64,000 nt of DNA, from positions 288,001 to 352,000 of the forward strand of contig CM000436.1 in NCBI GenBank assembly GCA_000165345.1. The letters are read 5' to 3'. Positions 36,060 through 48,300 of the stretch are shown piece by piece. Below the pieces are notes generated by a model that saw only the letters and a program-made list of their open reading frames with translations, did not search any database and was not told where the DNA came from. The translations under genes and the position numbers were made by a program. How positions within the stretch are numbered: position 1 is the first letter of the stretch; every line of letters begins with the position of its first letter.

Positions 36060-36424
36060 TTTTAAAAAAATGTTCAGATGATAATTATTTAATTTCAATT
36101 TTCTTTAAAAGTTTTATTATATTAATTTCAATATTACCATATCACACCTTAATATTTCTCAAAAGAATTAATGTTTATATGTTAAATATTATAAACACAT
36201 GTACCAATAAATGTTTATAAATTTAAATACATAAGTGCATTAACAGATATTGAATATTTGTATTTATTTGATTATTCTTATTTTTGTTATTTCTTCCTTT
36301 GAATTTGCATTGATTTAATTTTAAAGTCAAATTTAGAAATTTTTGGCGGGAATTCAACCGTTTTTTTTTTTAAATTATTAATTGTCAATTATTTTCAATG
36401 AATTTATAAATTAAATATAAATAT

Positions 36425-39272
36425 TTAATTAGTGCAATATATTTCTTGTGCTGGAATAAGTTCATAATTAGCTCTATATTTTAAATATGCATTTTGACGA
36501 TGACTATTCCATGTTGTTGGAGCTTCTTGTATATTATCGGAAATTATTGTTTGATTATTAGAATTATTTATTCCTGTATTATTTGAATTAATAATATTAG
36601 AAAATGCAATTCTTTGTGCAATTAATGGTAAAATTTCATTGAGAGTTTCAATGAGTGGTATAAAATAGTCTAAAGTTAGTAAATATGTTCCATTACTTAA
36701 TCTTTTAGAATCAAAATTATCAAAATCAAATGATTCATAAGCCATTTGCATTGTTCTCCAGCCTGGAATGGTGTACTTACCATCAAACCATCCAAATGGA
36801 CCCATTTTGTTTTGTTCAGTAATATACCATCTTTGATCATATTTATATGTAACATTTGGTGCAATACAATGATTCATAACTTTAGTAATATTTGAAACTC
36901 CTTTATCATAATTTTTATCTAAATATGTGCTTTTTGGTATTAATAACCTTTTATTCATTAATTTTTGTGCGTGTAAATACTGTTGCTGGTTTTGCATGTT
37001 TTTCATTGATACAGATTTTGTAGTCTTGACTGTTTTCACTGGTGATTTTGTTGTTACTATTGTCACTCTTTTTGTAGTGGTAGTAGTTATTATTATAGGT
37101 TTTTTGGTTGTTGTTACTGTAGGTTTTCTAGTTGTAGTAGTAACTATTGGTTTTCTAGTTGTGGTAGTAGCTGTAGGTTTCTTAGTTGTGGTAGTTGCAA
37201 CTATGGGTTTCTTAGTTGTGGTAGTTGCAACTGTGGGTTTCTTAGTTGTGGTAGTAGCTGTAGGTTTTCTAGTTGTGGTAGTAGCTGTAGGCTTCTTAGT
37301 TGTGTTTGTCGTTCCAATGGGTTTCTTGGTAGTAGTTGTGTTAGTTGTCATTGTGGTTTTCTTAGTTGTGGTTGTAGTTCCAATGGGTTTCTTGGTAGTA
37401 GCTGTATAAGTTGCCACTGTGGGTTTCTTAGTTGTGGTTGTCGTTCCAATAGGTTTCTTGGTAGTAGTTGTATTAGTTGCCACTGTGGGTTTCTTAGTTG
37501 TGGTTGTCGTTCCAATAGGTTTCTTGGTAGTAGTTGTATTACTTGTCACTGTGGGCTTCTTAGTTGTGGTTGCCGTTCCTATGGGTTTCTTGGTAGTAGT
37601 TGTGTTAGTTCCCACTGGCTTTCTTGTTGTTGTTGTTGTTGTTGTAACCGTAGGTTTCTTAGTAGTTGTAAAAGTTGTAGTATTTAATGGTTTTGTTTCT
37701 TTATTTATTTTATCAATAGAACTTTCTTTTTCATTCAATGTTTCATCTCTATCTTTTTTAGTTAAAGATTCCAAAAAACTATTTAACCCATCCATAATTG
37801 TTGAATCACCAGAATTTGTATCTTTATTTGATTCTTCCTGTTGCATTTCTTCCTGCTCAAGTTCTAATTCGCTACTCTCTGAATCTTCAGTATTTGTTTC
37901 CTCATTACTGGTATCTGAATTGGTAACATCTGCAGAAGAAGAAGAAGAAGAAGAAGAAGTAGAAGTAGAAGTAGAAGTAGTAGTAGTAGTCATCTTCGTC
38001 GTTGTCGTCGTTGTTGATTGATTTTTTGAAGATATTGGCCTTTTTGTATTTGTAACACTTATTTGATTTGAAATATGAACCTTTTTTTCATTGTTACTCG
38101 ACATTTTGTCAATATTGTTACTTTTCGAGCTTTCAAATTGATTGTCTATTGTATTGCTACTTACAACTAAAGGCTCTTTATCTCCAATATATCTAACGAT
38201 TGTATCGTTAAAGTTAATTGGTTGGTAGTAAAGATGATCGTTAATTATTGGATTTTTAGCATTAAACCATTTAATTCCCATATTTGTATTAAAAAAAACA
38301 ATTCCTGCAATTGGGTAACTCATTATCAATGGTATTACATATTTTTGAGTAATACTATTACTATGAGTAACTACAACAATCTTTCTTGTTTCAAATTTTA
38401 AACAATTATTTACAAGCCAAAATAAAAATGATGAACTTGAAATTGTTTCAGACTTATTTCCAATTTTCGAATTAGTTAATTTTCCAGATTTTCCATAACC
38501 TGGTGGTGATACTGCTGCTACAGTAAAACCATTCTTATAAGCTTCATCTAATACTTTTGATTTTAACCAAGTATCCGCTATTAATTTTCCAATAAACAAA
38601 ACTAAACCTTTTTCTTCACTCTGATCTTGCTTCATTAATACTATTTCAATATCTAATTCTGATGAACAAGATAAAATTTGAGTTTTTGTAGTTATTAATG
38701 ATTTTGTATTTTTTGTTATACTATTAGATGTTTGTACTTTATCATTATTTTCATAAATATTACTTTCAATAAATATATTATTTGTATCATATGATGAAAA
38801 TACTAAAATAATCATTAGTTAAATTAAAAAAAAAAAAATTTTCAATTAATTTTAATATTAAATTAAACTTACCTAAAGATTGATAATAAAAATAACTAAA
38901 AATTGCTGGTACAAATATAAAAATTAATGTCAATATACCATTCAATTGTCTTAACTTTTTTCCTCTATGCGATTTTGGTTTTATACATGTTTTACCAATT
39001 ATCCAAGAAATGCCCCATGATATGATTGGAAAACCAAAAAATCCCATAAAAAATAATACTACTTGTATTCTATCTCGCTTATATTTTGTTCTCAGTAATG
39101 ATTTAGATGTTTTTCTTTGAATTATTTCCAGTATTGTTGTATTACTGTCCGTTAAATGATAATAATCATTTTTATCTCCAATATCAAAGTTCTCAAGTTT
39201 TTTATCTTCCTTATTATGCTCTATATTTAATTTTAAATTTTCAATATTATTTTTTCTATTTTCAGTGACCAT
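36425..39272 (-). CDS. chimeric membrane protein with N-terminal TM helices, an alpha/beta-hydrolase-like domain, a Thr-rich mucin repeat region and a C-terminal conserved domain; two exons
   Basis: Track ORFs 38787-39272 (-) and 36425-38815 (-) are joined by a 70-nt intron at 38803-38872. Exon 1 ends ...TAT CAA TCT TTA G|GTAAGT and the acceptor is TTTTAG|TA TTT TCA, in frame, giving ...YYQSL|VFSSYDTNN.... Exon 1 encodes two hydrophobic helices (VVLFFMGFFGFPIISWGISWII, ILTLIFIFVPAIFSYFYY). Exon 2 has a hydrolase-like block (GLVLFIGK...VAAVSPPGYGKSG...VVVTHSNS), acidic S/E tracts, about 25 tandem TTTTKKP(T/I)(V/G)(A/T) units, then a Cys/Trp-containing C-terminal domain. Confidence 0.6.
37040..37660 (-). 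repeat. tandem 27-33-nt minisatellite encoding TTTTKKPxxT mucin repeats
   Basis: The + strand shows repeated units such as gggtttcttagttgtggtagttgcaactgt, ggtttcttggtagtagttgtgttagtt and ccaataggtttcttggtagtagttgtattagttgccactgtgggtttcttagttgtggttgtcgtt. The opposite-strand artefact ORFs 36927-37409 and 37419-38021 are poly-V/L/F. Confidence 0.85.
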
Positions 39273-39656
39273 TTATTATTATTATTATTATTATTTTCCT
39301 TCAAGTTTTTTTAATTATTAACTTAATTTTTCTTCTTCAATTAAAAAAAAAAACAAGAATAAAAGAAAATCTTTTTTAGTTACTTAAAATATTAATGTTA
39401 TTGTATTTGTTGTCCACATAAAAAATGCATTCGTAATTTTACTTGCAATTTTGCATGCATGTAAAAAATGACGTAATTAGTTATTTAATAAAAGAAATTT
39501 TTGAGTGTGCCGGACCCTCCCGCCAATTCCACTACCAAGTAATAAATCAAATAATAAGAAATTATAACAAATAATTAAAAAAAAAAAGAAAAATGAAAAG
39601 AAAGAAAAGATAGAATGACCCAAGAAATATATATTTAAAAAATAAAATCAAAATTT

Positions 39657-41849
39657 TCAAAAATTAGCTACATTTTGTATAAATGGATGTGAGAAAGCTT
39701 CAAAAATATTAGGCCTATTTGCAGGATCATAAGTCAAAAGCCAGTTAATATATGATTTGCACTCTGAAGAAACATGATTTTCAAATATTGCACCCTTTTC
39801 AGCCTCTAAAGGTATCAATGAAAACGCTTCAGCAATAGAATTACTTCTTAAACCAAATGGCCTTCTTAAATGAAGAATCTCAAAAAATATACAACCAATT
39901 GCCCAAATATCAACTTTGTGAGAAACTATTCTTGGATTATCTAAAGAATCTCCTGGCCTTAATAGAATTTCTGGTGGCTGATACCAAACAGTACCACCTC
40001 CAATTCTCTCAATAATAATATTCCCAGATTCCTGATCAGATTGCTTACTAAGTCCAAAATCAGCAATTTTACAACATCCTCTATGGAGAATAATATTTCC
40101 AGGCTTTAAATCATAATGAATTATTGGATTCCTATTTGGAGTTATTCTATCACCATTTTTATCCAAGTTATTTAAATAAAGAATACCTTCAAGAATTTGT
40201 CTTATCCAAATAATTGCTAATTCTTCAGGAACATTACCATTTGTTTTTATAAATGTATCTAAATCTGGACCATCACACAGTTCCATAATTGTTACAAGCC
40301 TATCATTATCTACTTCAAAACAGTGAAGCATATTGACAATATTTGGATGTTTAAGATCTCTATGTAGCTTAATCTCATTACTTACTCTTTCTACGCAAAC
40401 CATTCTTTCATGTTCTGTCATATCAGGAGTAAGTTCATGAATTTTTGCAGCTGAAATACTCCAGGTATTCATATTTAATACTTCCCAAACCTCGGCAAAT
40501 CCCCCTTTTCCTATCATATTCAATAGAGTATATGCTTGAGAATCAGATAAAGTACTCAAACTGTTGTATCTTGAATTTTGTTGATGTCTAAATAGCCTGG
40601 ATTTTTTAACATATAGACTTCTTTCAATATCCAAGTTCATTCCTGATAATTCTAGTTTTTTTGTAAAATCTAATATATAATCTTGTCTTTTATTTAATAT
40701 AGAATAAGCAGTATTCTCTAAATTAGAATCCTGTTTCTTCCCAATCATTTCAATTCCATTCAAAATTTGATATGGAGTCTGATTTAGGTATCCTTGTAGA
40801 CGATTCTTTAAATTCATTAAATTCTGAAAGTTCAACCCATCTCTATAAATTTCATCATCAATATATCCTAGATTAATATGCGAAGTATAATGATTATTCT
40901 CAGCCATGTTGTTATTATTATCATCATTATTATTATTGTTATTCTTATTATTACTATCATTATTATTATCTGGATTAGTCGAGGCTAGTGTATTATAATG
41001 AACAATTTCACTTGAAGATATCTGGCTTTCTTCAATTTCTGATTTTTGTAACTCCTTCAAAGTATAACACGAATTATTCATGGAGTTTATACTACTTCTT
41101 TTACTTAAAGCCATACTTCCGCTGATTATTGATCCTTTAATATAACTATTTGCATCAAATTCTTTGTTTTCACTCGAATGTTGGGCTCTTTCAGTTATTA
41201 TATCTTGTGATATTCTATTGGAATTATCACTTTTTTCTTGTTCTTTTAAAATGATTTGCCTCTTTTTTTTCAATATATTGGCATTTGCAGCAGGAGCAAG
41301 ACCTACTTGAGATTCTTGCCAAAATAATTGATTTCTATTTAACTCTCTTTCAATCTTCTTAAGCTGAATTACTGATGTTTTAAAGCTATTCTTAATCAGA
41401 GCAAGCTTTCTTGTGAGATTTTGCTCATTGTCCTTTAGATTCTCTTTCATCAAAGTAATCTCATTACATTTCTCCATAATTTCTTCTATACTCTTATTAT
41501 TTCTTTCCATACAATCATAATCAACACAAGCTGAAATATTTTCCTTAATTTTAATAAGTTTTTCTTTCAATTTTACAATATTATCCAATATTCTATGCCT
41601 ATTTTCAGTATTATTAGATAAAGGTATCGCAAAATTTTGATCTCCTATTGACTGTTTTTCTTCATCAAGATGAATAAAAATTCCTCTTTTTTGTTGTATT
41701 CCATTATTGGAAGGGGAATGTAATCTCCCATAAAATGATTTATATCTACTCAAATACTTTGTTGCGAGAACTTGCTCATGCGCAGAAATTCTATCAATTC
41801 GATCTGAACTCAGGTCTAAATTACTTTCATTTCTATTTTCTAAATTCAT
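39657..41849 (-). CDS. TLK: Tousled-like serine/threonine protein kinase (TLK)
   Basis: An N-terminal coiled-coil region is followed by a C-terminal kinase domain with TLK-specific features: GKGGFAEV, IIHYDLKPGNIILHRGCCKIADFGLSK (TLK: IIHYDLKPGNILL...ITDFGLSK), GTVWYQPPE (TLK: GTYWYLPPE) and VDIWAIGCIFFEILHLRRPFG (TLK: [21 protein letters not shown]). Confidence 0.85.
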   Translation of the reverse strand: MNLENRNESNLDLSSDRIDRISAHEQVLATKYLSRYKSFYGRLHSPSNNGIQQKRGIFIHLDEEKQSIGDQNFAIPLSNNTENRHRILDNIVKLKEKLIKIKENISACVDYDCMERNNKSIEEIMEKCNEITLMKENLKDNEQNLTRKLALIKNSFKTSVIQLKKIERELNRNQLFWQESQVGLAPAANANILKKKRQIILKEQEKSDNSNRISQDIITERAQHSSENKEFDANSYIKGSIISGSMALSKRSSINSMNNSCYTLKELQKSEIEESQISSSEIVHYNTLASTNPDNNNDSNNKNNNNNNDDNNNNMAENNHYTSHINLGYIDDEIYRDGLNFQNLMNLKNRLQGYLNQTPYQILNGIEMIGKKQDSNLENTAYSILNKRQDYILDFTKKLELSGMNLDIERSLYVKKSRLFRHQQNSRYNSLSTLSDSQAYTLLNMIGKGGFAEVWEVLNMNTWSISAAKIHELTPDMTEHERMVCVERVSNEIKLHRDLKHPNIVNMLHCFEVDNDRLVTIMELCDGPDLDTFIKTNGNVPEELAIIWIRQILEGILYLNNLDKNGDRITPNRNPIIHYDLKPGNIILHRGCCKIADFGLSKQSDQESGNIIIERIGGGTVWYQPPEILLRPGDSLDNPRIVSHKVDIWAIGCIFFEILHLRRPFGLRSNSIAEAFSLIPLEAEKGAIFENHVSSECKSYINWLLTYDPANRPNIFEAFSHPFIQNVANF

Positions 41850-42022
41850 TTTATTCTAAGCTCAAACCATCATCCAAATTTAAGAATCACTATTTACATT
41901 ACATATTATTTAATTAATTGCAAATTAATAACTTAATTTAACCAATTTTACTAAAATTTCAAATACTACCAATTTTTACCAATATTTCTTAAATTTCTAG
42001 TACTTATATATTTTACATACAT

Positions 42023-42092
42023 ACCGGCATTCTGACAGTGTGGGGAAATGCTAAAACACCGGTACTAACATTTGCAGAAATTTGGCGCCAAA
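42023..42092. promoter_or_regulatory. ACCGGCA / ACCGGTAC / TTTGGCGCCAAA motif cluster in a divergent promoter
   Basis: Lies between TLK (minus, ATG 41849) and POLE (plus, ATG 42306). It is a GC island in an otherwise AT-rich spacer. Confidence 0.55.
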
Positions 42093-42305
42093 CACACACG
42101 TAATTATTAGTAATAAAGAATTAAAAAATATATAGAAAACAGATTTACTTTTAATGAACTATAAGCAAATAAAACTAAGGCATTTATAGATATTAGGCCA
42201 AGTTCAGTAATGCCTTATGGCATTCTTAGGTCGAAATTAACTGAAAAGTTGGTAGATATTTGAAAGTTTGGAAATAACTAAGTTAGGAATTATAACACCA
42301 GTATA

Positions 42306-45300
42306 ATGAAGAGAAGTAAAAGCTACAGGGACAATGGTCGAAAAAAGTTTGAGAGGAAGACCACTGAAAGAAAGAAAGGTAGGTTTGAGTTAGGTGGCTC
42401 TTCCAATATTGATAAAAAGTTTGGAATCAATTTTCAAAAAATTGGAGTAAATCATAGGGAAATTGGTTATTTATACAATGTTCAAGTATCATCAGAATTA
42501 ATATCTGAATCTGGAACAGCATTTGATGGAATGGAAATTGGAACTCTAGAATCTTCATCAGAACTTATTGAATCTTATAAAGAACGTTCATGTCTTAATT
42601 TATATTTTATTAATAAACAAGGAATGACATTTAAAAGTCCATTCTTCTTTAGACCATATTTTTACTTGGAAGCACAAAAAGCTGTTGATATCCATTGGAT
42701 ATTAACCAATCTTGAACATAAATATAGAGATACTACTATAGAATTTACTAATATAATGAAAGAGGATTTAACTCTTGATAATCACTTAATTGGTGAAAAA
42801 AGAGAGGTTATTAAAGCTTCTTTTGATAATGTTAAGGAACTTGTTTCTATTAGAAATGAAATTCTTGATCATATCAAGAGAAATAAGCTTGAAAAAAAAA
42901 AGAATGAAAGTTTAAGTGCTTATTACGATCAGGATCAACAAAACAACTATGAAAATAAAACTCTTGATGTATTGGATTCTATTTCAGAAATTTACGAATA
43001 TGATGTTCAATATGAAGCACGAGTTATGATTGATAACTCCATTTCTATTGGAATGTGGTATGATTCTGTACGTTGGACTCATGAACTTTTGGAATTAAAA
43101 TGTTTAGATCATGATACTTCTGCTCCTGATTTAAGAAGTTTAGCTTGGGATATTGAAACTACTAAAGATCCTTTAAAGTTCCCTAATGTAGAGAAAGACC
43201 AAATTATGATGATTTCTTGTATGTTTGAAGGTCAAGGATACCTAATTACTAATAGAGAAATTGTTTCTGCTGATATATATGATTTTGAATACTCTCCTAA
43301 AAAGGAGTATGAATCATTCTTCAAATGTATTAATTATCCTGATGAAAAAGAACTTATTTGGGGATTTATTAAACTTATTCAGACTTTAAGACCTCATATC
43401 ATTGCTTCTTATAATGGAGATAATTTTGATTTTCCTTTTCTATATGAAAGAGCTAAAAAATATGATATCGATGTTTCCAAAGAATGGGGAATACGAATGG
43501 AAATTGATCATTCCTCTGGAGGAGGATTACAATCTTCTAATAAAACTATCTTTTCTGGAACTAATATTATTCATTTAGATTGTTTTAGATGGGTAGAAAG
43601 AGATTCATATCTTCCTTGTGGTTCTAGAGGTTTAAAAAGTGTTACTAAAGCAAAGTTAAGATATAATCCTGTTGAACTTGATCCTGAATTAATGGTTCCT
43701 TATGCAAAAACAAATCCTCAAGGTCTTGCAGAATATTCTGTTTCAGATGCAGTTGCTACTTATTTTCTTTATAAGACTTATGTTCACAGATTTATATTTG
43801 CTTTAGCTACTATAATTCCTTTATCTGGAGAAGATCTTCTTAGAAAAGGGTCTGGTACTCTTTGTGAACATTTATTAATGAAAGAAGCTTTTACTAAGAA
43901 TATTTTATTTCCAAACAAAAAAGTTCAAGAAACTATGGAATTTTATCAAAATAGACCCATCTTAAATAGTACTTATGTTGGAGGTACTGTAGAATCTTTA
44001 TGTAGTGGAGTATTTAGAGCTGATATTCCTGAAAAATTCTGTTTAAATACCGATACCCTTAAACATTTAATTAAAATATTAGATACTACTTTGAATTTTG
44101 GTATTAAAGATTCTGGTACTACAATTGATAATATTGAAAATTATGAACAAGTCAGAAATGAAATTCTTGAAAAATTGCAAAGTTTATTAGAATCTCCCAG
44201 AATTAAAATTGAGCCTTTAATATATCATCTTGATGTTGCTGCTATGTATCCTAATATTATTCTAACTAATAGATTACAACCAACAGCAGTAATAGAAGAG
44301 ACAACTTGTATGAAATGTCCATTCAATTCTGAGTCAAAACTTTGCCAAAGAAGGATGAATTGGAGATGGAAAGGAGATGTTTTTCCAATTTCCAAAGGAG
44401 AGATGGAGAGAATGATTAATCATATCCAAATTGAGACTTTTGAAAATGTTAAGAATGAAATAGGAGCAGTTAACAAGAAAAAGAAATTTGAAGATCATGA
44501 AAGTGATTCAGAAAATGATGATAAGATGGAATTTACTGGAGAAAATGTTAATATTAATAATAAAGAAAAGATTAAATGGTCATCTTTAACTCCTAGACAA
44601 CAATCCGAGATTTTAATACAAAGAATGAAAGCTTATTGTAATAAGATATATAGAAAACAAACTGAGAATATTGAAGAGACAAGATCTTCAATAGTTTGTC
44701 AAAGAGAAAATCCTTTTTATATAGATACAGTTAGACGTTTTAGAGATAGAAGATATGTTTATAAAGGTAAGAAAAAAGAAGCAGAAGAAAAGTTAAAGAG
44801 AGCTGAATTATTAGGAGATTTATTAGCAGTACAGGAAGCACAGAATGAAGAGCTTTTATATGAATCTTTACAATTAGCTCATAAATGTATTTTAAATTCT
44901 TTTTATGGCTATGTTATGAGAAAAGGGAGTAGATGGTTTTCTATGGAAATGGCTGCTATTGTTACATGGGTAGGTGGTAATGTGATTAGAGAAGCAAGAT
45001 CTTTAATGGAAGGTATCGGTAGACCTTTAGAATTAGATACCGATGGGATTTGGGCAATACTTCCAAAAGGATTTCCAGAGGAAATCACTTTTAGATTAAA
45101 GGATGGTGGTAAGAAGAAGATTCATTATATTTGTACTTTGTTAAATCAACAAGTTCACAAAAGTTGGACAAATGATCAATATTTGGAATATGATGCAGAT
45201 CTTGGGAAATATAATATTAAAGTAGAGAATTCAATATATTTTGAAGTGGATGGTCCATATAAATGTTTCTTTATTCCAGCTTCTGATAAACAGAATAAGC

Positions 45301-48300
45301 TTTTAAAGAAGAGATATGCAGTTTTTGATTTTGAAAATAGGCTTAAAGAACTTAAAGGGTTTGAATTAAAGAGAAGAGGAGAGCTTCAATTGATAAAAAT
45401 TCTTCAGGAGGAGTTATTTCCAGCATTTTTAAAAGGTAATTCAAAGAAAGAAGCATATGATCATGTAGCTGCAATATCAAAGAAATGGTTAAGTTTGATA
45501 GATACTAAAGGAAGAGGTATTTTAGATGATGAACAATTATTCTTTTTGATTTCAGAGTCAAAGAATATGTCAAAGAGTGTACAACAGATGGGGAATGCTA
45601 AGTCAATGTCAATTACAACAGCAAAGAGACTTTTTGAATTTCTTCAGAATCCTTCATATATTCAGGATAAGAATATTGTTTGTAAGTTTATTGTTTCAGA
45701 GTTCCCTAAAGGAGAAGATAAAAGTCAAAGAGCAGTTCCTCTTTCTATTTTTTCAACACCTTTAGAGACAAGAGTTTCATGGCTTTCTAAATGGCTGAGA
45801 ATAAGTAAATCTGGTGGAAGGAGAGAAAAGGATGAGTTGGTGGAGCACAGGAGGAAAGCAGATGTAGATATAACGAGTGGCAGTGGTGGTGGCAGTGGTA
45901 TTCTTAATAAAGAGAATGAGAATAACAAATGGAATGTTCGTAACATTCTGGACTGGGAGTACTATAAGAACAGGCTTACAAACACTATTTTAAAGATAGT
46001 TATAATTCCTGCAATTAACCAGGGGGTTCCAAATCCTCTTCCAGAATTAGAGGTACCGAGTTGGGTAAGATACCATTCAGAGATAGTTGGTACAAATCAA
46101 CAAAAGATTTCAGAGTACTTTAATGTTGTTAAGAAGGAGGAGAAAAAGAAGAGCAGTTTCTCTGAACTTCCTAATTATAATTCTATTATTCAAGGCCGAA
46201 GTCAAGATCATGGTCAAACTCAAGATCAGGGTCAAACTCAAGATCAGGGCCAAATTCAAGATCAGGGTGTAATTCAAGACCAGGGCCAAAATCGAAATCA
46301 AAACTTAACTTTAGGTCAAGGCCAAATTCAAGATCAGGGTCAAACTCAAGATCAGGGTCAAACTCAAGATCATGGCCAAATTCAAGATCATAGCCAAATT
46401 CAAGATCATGGCCAAACTCAAGATCAGGGTCAAACTCAAGATCAGGGTCAAATTCAAGATCAGGGTCAAATTCAAGATCATGGCCAAACTCAGGCTTGTA
46501 AAATTGTAGAAACCAGAAATAACAACAGTATTTCAAAATTGAATGGAAAACTGACAAAAAAAGAGAGGATTGAATTATTCAAGGAAAAAGGATTTAAATC
46601 CTGGTTAGAGTACCATAAGAAATTTTGGTTGGAGAATTTTCATGCATTTAATGAAAAACAGTCAGAACTTGAAAAGAAGCTAAAAAATATTGATATAGAA
46701 AAACTTGAATATTTTGGAAAAGGTAATACTGCAAAAGGTATCGAATTTTTATCTGAATATATTTTCTTAACGAAAGGAAGATTTCATATTTTAGATATAT
46801 ATCCTCTTAGTATCCAACAAAGGAATATTAAAAGAAATTATGATGAAGATCTACTGGGATTTTATAATGTTGTTATGTACTCTGAAGAAACAGGAGATTG
46901 TTTTACTGTTACATTTGAGTTCCTTAGACGTTTTTATATTGCTACAAATGTTCAAATTCAAATTATGGATAATGATGATGATGGTGAATTTATTACAAAA
47001 TCTATAGCTACAGGGAAAGAGTTACCTAGAGGGGTACCGTATAATCATTTAACAGAAGTAATAATTTCAGAGAGAAGATTTCAGAAATCAAAATCAACAT
47101 TGATTTGTGATAATAATACTGTTGGTATTTATGAGACAAATTTACCACTTGAATTTTCTATTTTAGAAAAATTTGGGAATATCATAGAAAGTAATACTCC
47201 TAATGTTGAGAAATTACTTCTTAAGAATGGAGCAATTACTGATAAATTTTGGAATTCTGCTGGTGGATTAAAAGAGAAGAATTTGAATTATGGAGATATA
47301 ATACATTGGTTATTTCTTTCAATATGTACTTTTGAAGAAAGAAAATGTTTCTCTTTAACAGATTTAAGTAAGAAAAGAATTTACTTCTTTCTTGGATTAG
47401 GACCAACTATTTCTAATAATATTCTTAAATCTGAGCTTCATAGACAAATTCAACAAGATCAAAGATTGGAAAAGATTACTGAAATTCATGTTAATTATTT
47501 TAAGACAACAAAAGATTGTTTAGAAGAATTGGATCGACTTTTGAAAGATTTAATCCAAGAATTTCCAAAAGAACCTATAGTTCTTTTAATACAATCAATG
47601 GTTAGATTAGAAGAACTTAAAACACATAATAGTGAATTAAATCTTTATAAAACTATATTAAGAGAATATATTTCTGAAATGGAACATAATAAGAAAGTTA
47701 TTGAAACTAAAATAGTAACATTATGGGAAGAAATAATAGATTTTGATTCAAGTAATTCAATATTTAGTAGATTTGATTGGCATAAAGATTCGATTAGATA
47801 TTCATTAAAAGCTTTAAAAGAAGCAATTAATAAACTTCAGCTATCATTAGAACTTTCTAAAGCTTTAAGACTTCCAGTATTATATTTACTTCAATTTAAA
47901 AAAAACTTAACAAACTTTTTATATGATATAATATATTCCAGAGAACTTCATTCTATGGGATTATTAAGCTGGGGATCTTTAAGATCCACTCCAGATCTTG
48001 GGAATCCTAAGTTAATCCAACTTTCAAAAAGTGATTGGGATCTTAGAAGACTTGGATATTTAATGCCAACAAAAGATCTTAATAACTCTAAAGGAGGAAG
48101 AGTAGGTGGAGGACATAGTAATTGTAATACTAATAGCTTAGATGAATTGGATGTATTGGAAGTAGTAAGACCAGGAATCTATAGAAACTATGGGGTTCAA
48201 TTGGATTTCAAGCAATGGCTAATAATTGAATCTGTAAGAAATTGTAGGTTACTCTCTGATAAGTACAACTTGGATGACTTTGAACAAGGAGAGAAACGTA

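Noticed and set aside
36927-38021. Two + strand ORFs (160 and 200 aa) made of poly-V/L/F/G
   Set aside because: They are the antisense reading of the TTTTKKP mucin minisatellite and poly-Ser/Glu tracts. Periodicity rather than selection keeps them open.
45725-46557. Minus-strand ORFs across the POLE QDQGQT repeat, plus 48544-48738 and 49418-49780 across the poly-Glu tracts
   Set aside because: They are repeat-generated antisense ORFs within a gene whose sense strand is unambiguous (POLE motifs).
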